Positions 9,348 through 18,147 of a stretch of 32,000 bases of DNA are shown here, piece by piece. Source of the stretch: Longivirga aurantiaca (GTDB lineage Bacteria; Actinomycetota; Actinomycetes; S36-B12; CAIYMF01); the NCBI RefSeq assembly GCF_042660085.1, contig NZ_JBHSTI010000002.1:90001-122000 (forward strand), in the 5' to 3' direction. The first letter of the stretch is position 1. Every line of letters begins with the position of its first letter. A program made the position numbers and the translations under genes. Under the pieces are notes generated by a model. The model did not search any database. It was given only the letters and a program-made list of their open reading frames with translations, and had not been told where the DNA came from.

Positions 9348-9442
9348 GGCGCAGCTCCCGGGGGGCAGACGGTGGGGCAGGGGAATGATCCCAACCTACG
9401 GCCGGTGGTCGTGCGCGGGGGTGCCCACGGCCTCCGGCGGCG

Positions 9443-10498
9443 TCAGGAGGCGAAGGGTCCGGGGATCTCCCCGGTGCCGCGCTCGGTCAGCGTGGCGGGC
9501 AGCACCACGCTGCGCGCGGGCGAGGTGTCGCCCGCGATCCGCTGGAAGAGCATCTCCGCGGCGATGGCGCCGAGGCGTCGGACGTCCTGCTCCACGATCG
9601 TGACGCCGGGGTCGAGCAGGTCCTGCATCGGCAGGGAGTCGAAGCCGACGACCGCGACCGTGCGGTGCAGACCGGCATGTCGCAGGGCGCGCAGGGCACC
9701 GACGGTGACGAGGTTCTGGCTGGCGAACACCGCGGTCGGCGGGTCGGGCAGCGCGAGCAGCTCCTCGACGGCTGCCTGCGCCTGCTCGGCCGTGCGCAGG
9801 TCGCGGCGTACGAGGTCGGGAGCCAGCGCGAGCCCCGCGCGACCCAGTGCATCGACATACCCCTCGTAGCGCTCGCGCGCCGTGCTGATCGTCGACAGGT
9901 CGCCGAGGAAGGCGATGCGGTGGTGCCCGTGCCGCACCAGGTGCTCGGTGCCGTCGCGCGCACCCGCGAGGTTGTCGGTGACCACGTGGTCGGCCTCGAG
10001 CTGCACGGGCGGACGGTCGACGAACACCACCGGTGTGCCGTTGCGCCGCTCGCGGGCGAGGTACGACTGGTCCGGCGCGGTGGGCACGATCACGAGGCCG
10101 TCCGTGCGGCGGGCCACCAGGGCGGCCGCGAGGTCGCGCTCACGGTCCGGGTCCTCGTCGACGCTGCCGGCGAACACGACGACGCCGTGCTCGCGCGCGA
10201 CGTCCTCGACCGCGCGGTGCAGCGCCGAGGAGAACGGGTTCGAGACGTCCTCGAGCAGGAGCCCGATGGTCTGGCTCTTGCCGTCGCCGCGGCGCAGGCT
10301 GCTGGCGCTGAGATCGCGCCGGTAGTCGAGCTTCACGGTCGCGGCGAGCACGCGCTCGGCCACGTCGGAGGAGACGCCGGCCTCCCCGTTCACGACGCGC
10401 GACACCGTCTTGATGCTGACGCCCGACAGCGCGGCCACGTCCTTCATGGTCGGCCGGCTGTGCCGGGCGTCGACCTCGTCGAGGGACATGCGCTCCAT
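9443..10498 (-). CDS. LacI-family transcriptional regulator
   Basis: N-terminal HTH PTMKDVAALSGVSIKTVSRVVNGEAGVSSDVAERVLAA; periplasmic-binding-like effector domain. Confidence 0.95.
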   Translation of the reverse strand: MERMSLDEVDARHSRPTMKDVAALSGVSIKTVSRVVNGEAGVSSDVAERVLAATVKLDYRRDLSASSLRRGDGKSQTIGLLLEDVSNPFSSALHRAVEDVAREHGVVVFAGSVDEDPDRERDLAAALVARRTDGLVIVPTAPDQSYLARERRNGTPVVFVDRPPVQLEADHVVTDNLAGARDGTEHLVRHGHHRIAFLGDLSTISTARERYEGYVDALGRAGLALAPDLVRRDLRTAEQAQAAVEELLALPDPPTAVFASQNLVTVGALRALRHAGLHRTVAVVGFDSLPMQDLLDPGVTIVEQDVRRLGAIAAEMLFQRIAGDTSPARSVVLPATLTERGTGEIPGPFAS

Positions 10499-10543
10499 CC
10501 GGGCAGTGTGCGGTCCGCGGTCGCGGAGGGCCAGGACGCCGAC

Positions 10544-10555
10544 GATAACGTTGTC
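10544..10555. promoter_or_regulatory. Putative LacI-family operator O1
   Basis: gataacgttgtc: near-palindrome centred on aacgtt, in the divergent region between lacI-like and ABC genes. Confidence 0.6.
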
Positions 10556-10620
10556 ATCACGCTGACGTCCAGATGAAACAATCTATTGACAGAGGGGCAA
10601 TGGCCGGTCCACCCTGCTCG

Positions 10621-10632
10621 ACAACGTTGTCA
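10621..10632. promoter_or_regulatory. Putative LacI-family operator O2
   Basis: gacaacgttgtc: perfect 12-bp palindrome, same core as O1; a ttgaca hexamer occurs at 10587-10592. Confidence 0.65.
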
Positions 10633-10684
10633 GGCAGTAGCGGTCCTCCAGGCGCTGCGGCCCCCGGTGAAAGGAACCCCCCAG

Positions 10685-11734
10685 ATGGTCCTCAGCTCCC
10701 CCCGCGCCCGCGGCCTCGCGGTCGTCGGCGCTGCCGCCTCGCTCCTGCTCGCGGCCTGCGGCAGCAGCGCGAGCACTGCCGACTCGTCCTCGGCCGCCCC
10801 TTCCGGCTCCGCGTCGGGTTCCGCCGCCACCTGCGAGGGCAAGAAGATCGCCTTCGTCATGGGCGCCGAGTCCGACCCGTTCTTCCAGGCCATGAAGGTC
10901 GGCGCCACTGAGGCCACCGCGGCTGCCGGCGCCGAGCTGATCTGGCAGGGAGACCCCAAGGAGTACTCGCCGGCGACGCAGATCCCGGTCGTCGACCAGG
11001 TCCTCGCACAGAAGCCCGACGGTCTAGTCCTCATCCCGACCGACCCCAACGCCCTGCAGCCGTCGGTCGCCAAGGCCGTCGCGGCCGGCGTGACGGTGGC
11101 CAACGTCGACACCCGCGTGACCGACCTCGGTCAGGTCCTCACCTTCATCACGGGTGACAACACCGACGGCGGCACCAAGGCGGCCGAGGCCATCGCCAAC
11201 GCGATCGGCTACGCGGACGGCCAGAAGTACAAGGTCGTCGTCGGCCTCACCTCCGAGACCGCCACGACCAACGTCGCGCGCCTCGACGGCTTCAAGGCCG
11301 CGATCGCCGCGTCGTACCCCGGCATCGAGATCGTGGATATCGCGTACTCGCAGTCCAAGCCCGAGGTCGCCAACACCAACGTCAACAACTGGCTCACGAA
11401 GTACCCGGACCTGAACGGCATCTTCGCGATCGACGGCACCAATGCCCAGGGCGCCGCGGCGGCGCTGCAGGCCAAGGGCCTGGTCGGCAAGGTGGCCCTC
11501 GTCGGCTACGACGCCTACCCGGACAACGTCGCCCTGATCAAGAGCGGCGTCTTCACCGCCCTCATCGCGCAGGACCCGGCCACGGAGGCCCGCCAGGCCG
11601 TCGAGTCGCTCTGCGCCAGCCTCACCGGCGGCGACGCCTCCGCGATCGAGAAGGAGGTCGTGATCCCGAACGTCGTCCTCAACAAGGACACGTCGGACGC
11701 CGACCTCCAGAAGTACACCTACGTCGCCTCCTGA
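10685..11734 (+). CDS. Sugar ABC transporter substrate-binding lipoprotein (ribose/xylose/fructose type)
   Basis: MVLSSPRARGLAVVGAAASLLLAACGSS lipobox; KKIAFVMGAESDPFFQAMKVGATEAT; start trimmed from ORF 10586..11734. Confidence 0.9.
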   Translation: MVLSSPRARGLAVVGAAASLLLAACGSSASTADSSSAAPSGSASGSAATCEGKKIAFVMGAESDPFFQAMKVGATEATAAAGAELIWQGDPKEYSPATQIPVVDQVLAQKPDGLVLIPTDPNALQPSVAKAVAAGVTVANVDTRVTDLGQVLTFITGDNTDGGTKAAEAIANAIGYADGQKYKVVVGLTSETATTNVARLDGFKAAIAASYPGIEIVDIAYSQSKPEVANTNVNNWLTKYPDLNGIFAIDGTNAQGAAAALQAKGLVGKVALVGYDAYPDNVALIKSGVFTALIAQDPATEARQAVESLCASLTGGDASAIEKEVVIPNVVLNKDTSDADLQKYTYVAS

Positions 11735-11741
11735 CGACACC

Positions 11742-11776
11742 CGTGGGGGCGGACGTCGACGACGTCCGCCCCCACG
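11742..11776. promoter_or_regulatory. Strong intergenic hairpin between substrate-binding and permease genes
   Basis: cgtgggggcggacgtc (11742-11757) / gacgtccgcccccacg (11761-11776), 16 bp perfect, 3-nt loop. Confidence 0.7.
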
Positions 11777-11839
11777 CCCCTCTCCCACCCCCAGTCAGAG
11801 CGCCACGCCCGTCCGGCGCGGCCGCCCGAAGGAGGGCAC

Positions 11840-12868
11840 GTGGCATCCACTGAAGTGAAGCCGGCGACGCCGGTGACGCAGGTCGTCGCGCCGACGTCCC
11901 GGCTCAAGGCGGTGCTGTCGAACCAGCAGTTCCTGCTGCTCGTCGTCTGGCTCGCGATGGTCCTCGGCTTCTCGCTGATCTCGCCGATCTTCTTCTCCGT
12001 CGACGTCGCGGCGAACGTGCTGCTCGACTGGGCGCCCCTGGTGCTCATCGCACTGGGCCAGCTGGTCGTCGTCATCAGCGCCGGCATCGACCTGTCCGTG
12101 GGTGCGACCGTCGGCTTCAGCGGCGTCATCGGCGCGTTCGCCATGAAGTCGCTCACCGCTTCCGGGCAGCCCACCGCGACGACCCTCGTCGCCGGAGTGC
12201 TGGTCTGCATGCTCGTCGGGGCCTTCATCGGCACCATCAACGCAGCGCTCATCAACTACGCGCGCCTGGTGCCGTTCATCGCCACGCTGGTGACGCTCGG
12301 CGCCGCCTCCGGCCTCTCCCTGGTGCTCACCAAGGGCGCGCCGATCATGGGCGGCCCGGCCGACGCCATCTTCCTGGTGACCCCCTGGATCGGCCCGTTC
12401 TCCAAGCCGGTCGTCGTCATCATCGGCATCGTCGTGGTGCTGTGGCTGTTCATGCACAAGGCGCGGTTCGGCCGGTACACGTACGCGATCGGCTCCAACT
12501 CCTTCGCCGCACGCGCCGCCGGCATCAACGTCCGGCGCCACATCGTGAAGGTCTACGTCCTGTCGGGCGTGCTCGCGGGGCTCGCGGGCTTCTTCTTCTA
12601 CCTGAGGCTCAACGGTGGTGCGCCGACCTCAGGCTTCGGCATGGAGCTCGATGCCATCGCCGCAGTCGTGATCGGAGGCGCAGCCCTCGCCGGCGGCGTC
12701 GGCCGGGTGACCGGCACGGTCATCGGCGCGCTGATCCTCACCACCGTCACGAGTGGGCTCATCATCGTCGGCGTCGACCCCTCGTGGAAGCGCGTGGTCG
12801 TCGCCGTCCTCATCGCCATCGCCGCCACGCTGCAGGCGCTGCGCAAGACCGAGGGGCGGGCAGCATGA
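11840..12868 (+). CDS. Sugar ABC transporter permease (RbsC/FrcC-like)
   Basis: LIALGQLVVVISAGIDLSVGATVGFSGVIGAFAM; multi-TM; IGSNSFAARAAGINVRRHIVKVYVLSG. Confidence 0.92.
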   Translation: MASTEVKPATPVTQVVAPTSRLKAVLSNQQFLLLVVWLAMVLGFSLISPIFFSVDVAANVLLDWAPLVLIALGQLVVVISAGIDLSVGATVGFSGVIGAFAMKSLTASGQPTATTLVAGVLVCMLVGAFIGTINAALINYARLVPFIATLVTLGAASGLSLVLTKGAPIMGGPADAIFLVTPWIGPFSKPVVVIIGIVVVLWLFMHKARFGRYTYAIGSNSFAARAAGINVRRHIVKVYVLSGVLAGLAGFFFYLRLNGGAPTSGFGMELDAIAAVVIGGAALAGGVGRVTGTVIGALILTTVTSGLIIVGVDPSWKRVVVAVLIAIAATLQALRKTEGRAA

Positions 12869-13626
12869 CCGAGCGCGGGGACGTCATCTACGAGGCTCGC
12901 AACCTCAGCAAGCGCTACGGCGCCGTCGTCGCACTCGACGACGCCAACCTGAAGCTCCACGCGGGCGAGGTCGTCGGCCTCGTCGGCGACAACGGTGCCG
13001 GGAAGTCGACGCTCGTGAAGTGCCTCTCCGGTGCGCACGCGCCGTCCAGCGGCCAGTTGCTGCTCGACGGGGTCGAGCGCTCGTGGAAGTCGCCGCACGA
13101 CGCGATCCAGGCCGGCGTCGAGACCCTGTACCAGGACTCCGGTCTCGCACCGCACCTGTCGGTCAGCGCCAACGTCTTCCTCGGGCGCGAGGAGCTGAAG
13201 CCCGGCCTGCTCGGCAGGATGGGCTTCCTCGCGCAGAAGTCGATGGACCGCCGCGCCCACGAGGACCTCGACCGCGTCGGGATCGCCGTCCCGGCGTCCG
13301 GCCGGTCGGTCGCCCAGCTCTCGGGCGGTCAGCGACAGGCTGTGGCGATCGGCCGGGCCGTCGCCTGGGCGAGCCGCGTGATCATCCTCGACGAGCCCAC
13401 CAACCATCTCGGCGCGCGCCAGGCCGGCGAGGTGCTGCACGTGGTGGAGCGGGCCAAGGCGGAGGGCCTCGGGGTCATCTTCATCTCGCACACCCTCCCG
13501 CACGTGCTCCAGGTGACCGACCGGGTCGTCGTCCTGCGCCTCGGGCGGGTGGTCAAGGACGCCCCGACGTCGGAGTTCGACGTCGACACGCTCCTCGGGA
13601 CGATCACCGGCCTCATCTCCGACTGA
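12865..13626 (+). CDS. Sugar ABC transporter ATP-binding protein, single ATPase domain (FrcA-like)
   Basis: Walker A GDNGAGKST, signature LSGGQRQAV, Walker B VIILDEPTN; ATGA overlap with permease; internal start in ORF 12442..13626. Confidence 0.92.
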   Translation: MTERGDVIYEARNLSKRYGAVVALDDANLKLHAGEVVGLVGDNGAGKSTLVKCLSGAHAPSSGQLLLDGVERSWKSPHDAIQAGVETLYQDSGLAPHLSVSANVFLGREELKPGLLGRMGFLAQKSMDRRAHEDLDRVGIAVPASGRSVAQLSGGQRQAVAIGRAVAWASRVIILDEPTNHLGARQAGEVLHVVERAKAEGLGVIFISHTLPHVLQVTDRVVVLRLGRVVKDAPTSEFDVDTLLGTITGLISD

Positions 13627-13638
13627 GCGGGCCTCCAG

Positions 13639-13683
13639 GTCACCGGATCCCCGGGCGGACCCTCCCTCCCGGGATCCGGTGAC
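13639..13683. terminator. Terminator-like hairpin downstream of sugar ABC operon
   Basis: gtcaccggatcc (13639-13650) / ggatccggtgac (13672-13683) with further G/C pairing inside. Confidence 0.7.
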
Positions 13684-13880
13684 GGAGGTGCGACCGGTCG
13701 GCGCACGGCGGCCCGCGGCACGCGCTCGTCTCGGTCCGACCGGCATTCGGTCACGGATCGGCCACGGACCTCCCGTTCGGGGATCACTGCCTGAGATAGT
13801 CGCGGGCGGACCAAAGCGACCAAACCGGACACCCGGTGCGGGAGGGTCCGAACCGGACCTTCCTACCCGAGGGGGAGCAC

Positions 13881-14123
13881 ATGGCAAGTCGCCCGCCGGA
13901 GGCGGACGAGCTGCTGACCCCTGCCGAGGTCGCGGCCCTCTTCCGCGTCGACCCGAAGACGGTCACGCGCTGGGCCAAGGCCGGCAAGCTCACCTCGATC
14001 CGCACGCTCGGCGGTCACCGCCGCTACCGCGCGGCCGAGGTGCGGGCGCTGCTCGGGGACATCCCCGGCCCCCGTGCAGGCGAGGCCGCGGCCTCCGAGG
14101 CCGGGCCGGCGCTCGGCGCCTGA
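13881..14123 (+). CDS. bldC: BldC-like small MerR-type DNA-binding protein
   Basis: LLTPAEVAALFRVDPKTVTRWAKAGKLTSIRTLGGHRRYRAAEVRALL closely matches the BldC sequence known from Streptomyces. Confidence 0.93.
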   Translation: MASRPPEADELLTPAEVAALFRVDPKTVTRWAKAGKLTSIRTLGGHRRYRAAEVRALLGDIPGPRAGEAAASEAGPALGA

Positions 14124-14134
14124 GGCGCCGTAGG

Positions 14135-14911
14135 TCAGGAAGCCGTCGGCGGCTTCATCGCCGCGATCTGGGCGGTCGTGCGCAGCAGCAGGGCGAGGCC
14201 CTCGCTCATGCCCTCGTGGCCGTGCGCGTCCGGCTCGTCGTGCGGGTGGCCGATGTGGCTCGAGAGCGCAGCCCCGAGCCCCGCGTTCTCGATCACCATC
14301 TCGCAGAGGGCGAGGGCGTCGTCGCCGACGAGGCCGGGCTTCGCGAGGCACAGCGACACTGCCCCATGGGTGGCGGCCCACAGCGAGGTCGCGATCACGT
14401 CCGGATCGGTCCCCGGGGCGAAGACGCCGACGTCGATGCAGCTCTGCACGGCGTCGATCAGGTGATGGTATGTCGGGCCGGCGACGATGTCCTCGGCGCT
14501 GAACGGCCCGTAGGTGTTCTTGTCGAACTCCCCGTGCAGCGCGGGCATCCGCATCATGGCGAGGCGGTACTGCTCGGGGTTGGCGAGGGCGAACTCCGCG
14601 TAGGCGAGCCCGCGCAGGCGCAGCCCGTCGAAGGGGTCGCTGGTCGTCGCGGCCGCCGCCTGCATGCGGGCGTCGAGCTCGGTGAACACGAGCTCGCACA
14701 CGGCGTCGAGCAGGGCCTGCTTGTCGGCGAAGTGCAGGTAGATCGAAGGGGTCGACACCCCGACCCGCTCGGCGACGGCACGGACCGAGACGGCGTCCGC
14801 GTCCTGCGCCTCGGCGAGGAGCTCGCGCGCCGCCGTCAGGATCTCGGCGCGCAGCAGCTCGCCCTCGCCACGGCGGGCGCGGCGACGAGGGCGAGCTGCT
14901 GCGGTGGTCAC
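14135..14911 (-). CDS. TetR/AcrR-family transcriptional regulator
   Basis: LLRAEILTAARELLAEA...VSVRAVAERVGVSTPSIYLHFADKQALLDAV; adjacent to MMPL exporter. Confidence 0.92.
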   Translation of the reverse strand: MTTAAARPRRRARRGEGELLRAEILTAARELLAEAQDADAVSVRAVAERVGVSTPSIYLHFADKQALLDAVCELVFTELDARMQAAAATTSDPFDGLRLRGLAYAEFALANPEQYRLAMMRMPALHGEFDKNTYGPFSAEDIVAGPTYHHLIDAVQSCIDVGVFAPGTDPDVIATSLWAATHGAVSLCLAKPGLVGDDALALCEMVIENAGLGAALSSHIGHPHDEPDAHGHEGMSEGLALLLRTTAQIAAMKPPTAS

Positions 14912-14915
14912 GCGG

Positions 14916-17198
14916 TCAGCCTACGACCACGGTGTCGTCGCGGAGGTCCCTGACGTCGTCCTCGTCGGCGTCGCCCTCGCTGATGCCGAAGCGGTCGTGC
15001 AGCCGCTTCAACCAGGCCGGCGCCCACCAGTTGGCGTCGCCCATGACCCGCATGAACGCAGGCACCATGAGGCCCCGGATCAGGGTCGCGTCGACGAGGA
15101 CCGCGAGGGCCACCCCGACGCCCATCATCTTGATGATCGTGACGCCGCTCGTGGCGAAGGCGATGAACACGATGGCGAGCAGGGCCGCGGCGCTCGTGAT
15201 GAGGCGGCCGGTGCGCTGCATGCCGAGGGCGACGGCGGCGGCGTTGTCGCCCGTGCGGTCGTACTCCTCCTTGATGCGGGAGAGGAGGAAGACCTCGTAG
15301 TCCATCGAGAGGCCGAACGCGATGCAGAACATCAGGATCGGCATCGCGGTGTCGAGCTCTCCGGTCACGGTGAACCCGCCGAGCCACTGCGAGAGGTGGC
15401 CCTCCTGGAAGATCCAGACCATCGCGCCGAACATCGCCGACAGGCTCAGCGTGTTGAGCACGAGCGCCTTCAGCGGAAGGACGACCGAGCCGGTGAACAG
15501 GAACAGCAGGACGAACGTCGCGATCGCGATGATCCCGATCGCCCACGGCAGGCGCTCACCCATCGCGGTCTGCGAGTCGGCGAAGGTCGCCGCGCTCCCG
15601 CCCACGAGGGTCTCGCCGAGCGGGGACGGGATCGCGCGCAGGTCCTCGACCAGCTCGCGTCCCTCCGCCGAGTAGGGCTCGACGTCGGTGACGACCGACA
15701 GCCAGGTGCCCGTGCCCGACTCGGCGACGAAGCGGGCAGCGGCCGGGCCGGCGTCGGCGACGAGCGCGCCGACGACGTACGACCCGTTGACCGAGTCGAC
15801 CCGGGCGACGCCGCCCACCTCGGACAGCTGCGCCGCGTACGAGCCCACGGTGCCGGGGGACACCGTGCTCGTGGCGGCGACGACCGTCAGCGGGTCGGAC
15901 TCGCGGGAGTCGAACTCGGTGCGGAGCCACTCGCCCGCCTGGGCAGCCTGTGCCGACGCCGGCAGCACCCGGTCGTCGGTCTGGCCGAAGGCGACGTTGA
16001 AGAACGGGAGGCCGAGCGCGACGAGCAGGGCGACGCCTCCGACCAGCACCGGCCACGGCCGACGCATCACGGCGTGGGAGAGGCGGAACCAGAAGCCGTC
16101 GTCGCGCACCTCGGTGGTCGAGCGCAGCACGCGGAAGCGGTCGACCTTCGTGCCGAGGGTCGAGAGCGCCGCGGGCAGCACCACGACGGCAGCGATGACG
16201 GCGAGCACCACGGTGGCGATGCCGGCATAGGCGAAGGAGCGCAGGAAGAACTGGGGGAAGACGAGCAGCGCCGAGAGCGAGATGGCCACGGTGATGCCGG
16301 AGTACACGACCGTGCGGCCGGCGGTGCGGACGGTGCGGATGACGGCCTCGTCGGGCGTGCGTCCGCGGGCGAGCTCCTCGCGGAAGCGGGTCACCATGAA
16401 GAGCGCGTAGTCGATGCCTAGGCCGATGCCGAGGGCGGTGACGAGGTTGATCGCGAAGACGCTGACGTCGGTGAACTGCGTGATGGTCCACAGCGCGAGG
16501 AACGAGCCGAGCACCGCGACGGCGCCGATGATCGCCGGCAGACCGGCCGCCACGAGAGTGCCGAACACCAGCAGGAGCAGGAGCATCGTGACGGGCACCG
16601 CGATGCTCTCCGCGCGCACGAGGTCCTTCTCGATCGTGCTGCCCACCTCGGCGAAGATCACCGGCGACCCGGAGACCCGTACCTCGAGCACGCCGTCGTC
16701 GGTGAAGCCCGACAGCTCCTCGGCCAGCTCGCCCGCGCGCTCCTGCGCGGCGTCGCCGGTCTCGGTGAGGCGCGCGGTCACGAGGGCGAGGGTGCCGTCG
16801 GTGCTGCGCATCGCGGCGGCGCCGGTGGCCCAGTAGCTGGTGACGTCGCGGACGTCGCCCTGCCCGGCGAGGCGCTGGGCGAGCGCCGCGCCTGCGGCCG
16901 CCACCTCCGCGGTGTCGACCGAGGCGCCGTCGACGCTGCGGGCGATCAGCACGATGTCCGAGGGCGCCGCGTCGAAGGTCTCGAGCAGCTGGTCGGCGGC
17001 GCGGGCGGACTCCGAGCCCGGGTCGTCGAAGCCGCCGGAGGACAGGCGGGAGAACACGCCGCCGCCGACGACCGCCGCGACGACGACGCCGATCACGGCG
17101 ACGACGAGCACGAGGCGACGGCGGCGGACGGTGAAGGCTCCGAGGCGGTCGAACCACCCGGCGCGGGACCCGGACCGGGTCGGTGTCGTGGTGGACAT
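14916..17198 (-). CDS. MMPL-family (RND-like) membrane transporter
   Basis: Two sets of TM helices; GLGIDYALFMVTRFREEL and FGLSMDYEVFLLSRIKEEYDRTGDN motifs. Start trimmed from ORF 14916..17249. Confidence 0.93.
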   Translation of the reverse strand: MSTTTPTRSGSRAGWFDRLGAFTVRRRRLVLVVAVIGVVVAAVVGGGVFSRLSSGGFDDPGSESARAADQLLETFDAAPSDIVLIARSVDGASVDTAEVAAAGAALAQRLAGQGDVRDVTSYWATGAAAMRSTDGTLALVTARLTETGDAAQERAGELAEELSGFTDDGVLEVRVSGSPVIFAEVGSTIEKDLVRAESIAVPVTMLLLLLVFGTLVAAGLPAIIGAVAVLGSFLALWTITQFTDVSVFAINLVTALGIGLGIDYALFMVTRFREELARGRTPDEAVIRTVRTAGRTVVYSGITVAISLSALLVFPQFFLRSFAYAGIATVVLAVIAAVVVLPAALSTLGTKVDRFRVLRSTTEVRDDGFWFRLSHAVMRRPWPVLVGGVALLVALGLPFFNVAFGQTDDRVLPASAQAAQAGEWLRTEFDSRESDPLTVVAATSTVSPGTVGSYAAQLSEVGGVARVDSVNGSYVVGALVADAGPAAARFVAESGTGTWLSVVTDVEPYSAEGRELVEDLRAIPSPLGETLVGGSAATFADSQTAMGERLPWAIGIIAIATFVLLFLFTGSVVLPLKALVLNTLSLSAMFGAMVWIFQEGHLSQWLGGFTVTGELDTAMPILMFCIAFGLSMDYEVFLLSRIKEEYDRTGDNAAAVALGMQRTGRLITSAAALLAIVFIAFATSGVTIIKMMGVGVALAVLVDATLIRGLMVPAFMRVMGDANWWAPAWLKRLHDRFGISEGDADEDDVRDLRDDTVVVG

Positions 17199-17335
17199 GG
17201 CTGCTCCTCGGGGGAAGGCGGATTGACTGAACGCCGCTACGTTAGCCATGTTCAGTTATCCACGTCAACTTACCCGCGCCAGGGCATGGGCGGGCCCGCG
17301 AGAGGACAGGAGGGCGTGCCGACGGGGGCTGCGGC

Positions 17336-18028
17336 TCACACGTGGAAGGCGAGCGCGGCCAGCACCCGGCGGTCGTACTTCGCGCCGTCGCGCAGCTCGA
17401 GCTTGCGGAAGACCTTCGTCACGTTGGCCTCCACCGACTTCACGGTGATGCCGAGCTCGTCGGCGATCGCAGCGTTGGTGAGTCCGCGGGCCAGTGCCTC
17501 GAGCACCTGGTGCTCGCGGGGCGTGAGCCGGCCGAGCCCGTCGTCCGGGGCCCCCCCGTTGACGCCCGCCACGATCTCGGGGTCGAAGGCGGAGACGCCC
17601 CGCAGGACCGTGCGGGTGACGTGGGCCAGGGTCTCGGCGTCGCGGACGTTGCTGTCGAGCAGGAAGGCCACCCGCTCGGGGCCGTGCTCGAGCAGCGCGC
17701 GCGCCAGCCCGTTGCGGCGAGGGCCGATGACCAGGAGCGCCGGTGCCGGGTGCGTGGAGCGCACCGCCGAGGCCACCTGCTTCACCGTGGAGTGCGAGGA
17801 GTCCGACGTGAGGCCGAGCAGGACGGCGTCGGGGAGGCTGTCGGGGTTCCTGGCCAGGAAGGCCGGCAGGTCGTCGGGGGCGACCGTGGCGACGACGTCC
17901 ATCCCCGCCGCGTCCGTCATCAGCGAGGCCACGCTCACACGTACGAGCGCGATGTCCGCGACGACGACCAAGGTGACCGGGCCCACCCCCGTGGGGCCCG
18001 GTGCGCTCTGGACCGTCGTGTCCGTCAT
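17336..18028 (-). CDS. LuxR/NarL-type regulator with degenerate receiver domain
   Basis: C-terminal LTPREHQVLEALARGLTNAAIADELGITVKSVEANVTKVFRKLELRD; N-terminal receiver fold reads VVVADIALVRVS...DAVLLGLT. Confidence 0.85.
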   Translation of the reverse strand: MTDTTVQSAPGPTGVGPVTLVVVADIALVRVSVASLMTDAAGMDVVATVAPDDLPAFLARNPDSLPDAVLLGLTSDSSHSTVKQVASAVRSTHPAPALLVIGPRRNGLARALLEHGPERVAFLLDSNVRDAETLAHVTRTVLRGVSAFDPEIVAGVNGGAPDDGLGRLTPREHQVLEALARGLTNAAIADELGITVKSVEANVTKVFRKLELRDGAKYDRRVLAALAFHV

Positions 18029-18147
18029 GGATGCGTCCTCACGTGGGCAACCTGGACTCTGCTGCTCACGCTAGAGCGGCTCCGACGTCACGGCGCTGGA
18101 GGGACGGGGGGTTATCCCCCGAGTTCGGGAGGGCGGGCCTTCCAGGG

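Noticed and set aside
15556-17157. 533-aa minus-strand ORF overlapping the MMPL gene in another frame
   Set aside because: Arg/Pro/Gly-rich frame-shifted reading of the MMPL gene, which has clear TM segments and family motifs.
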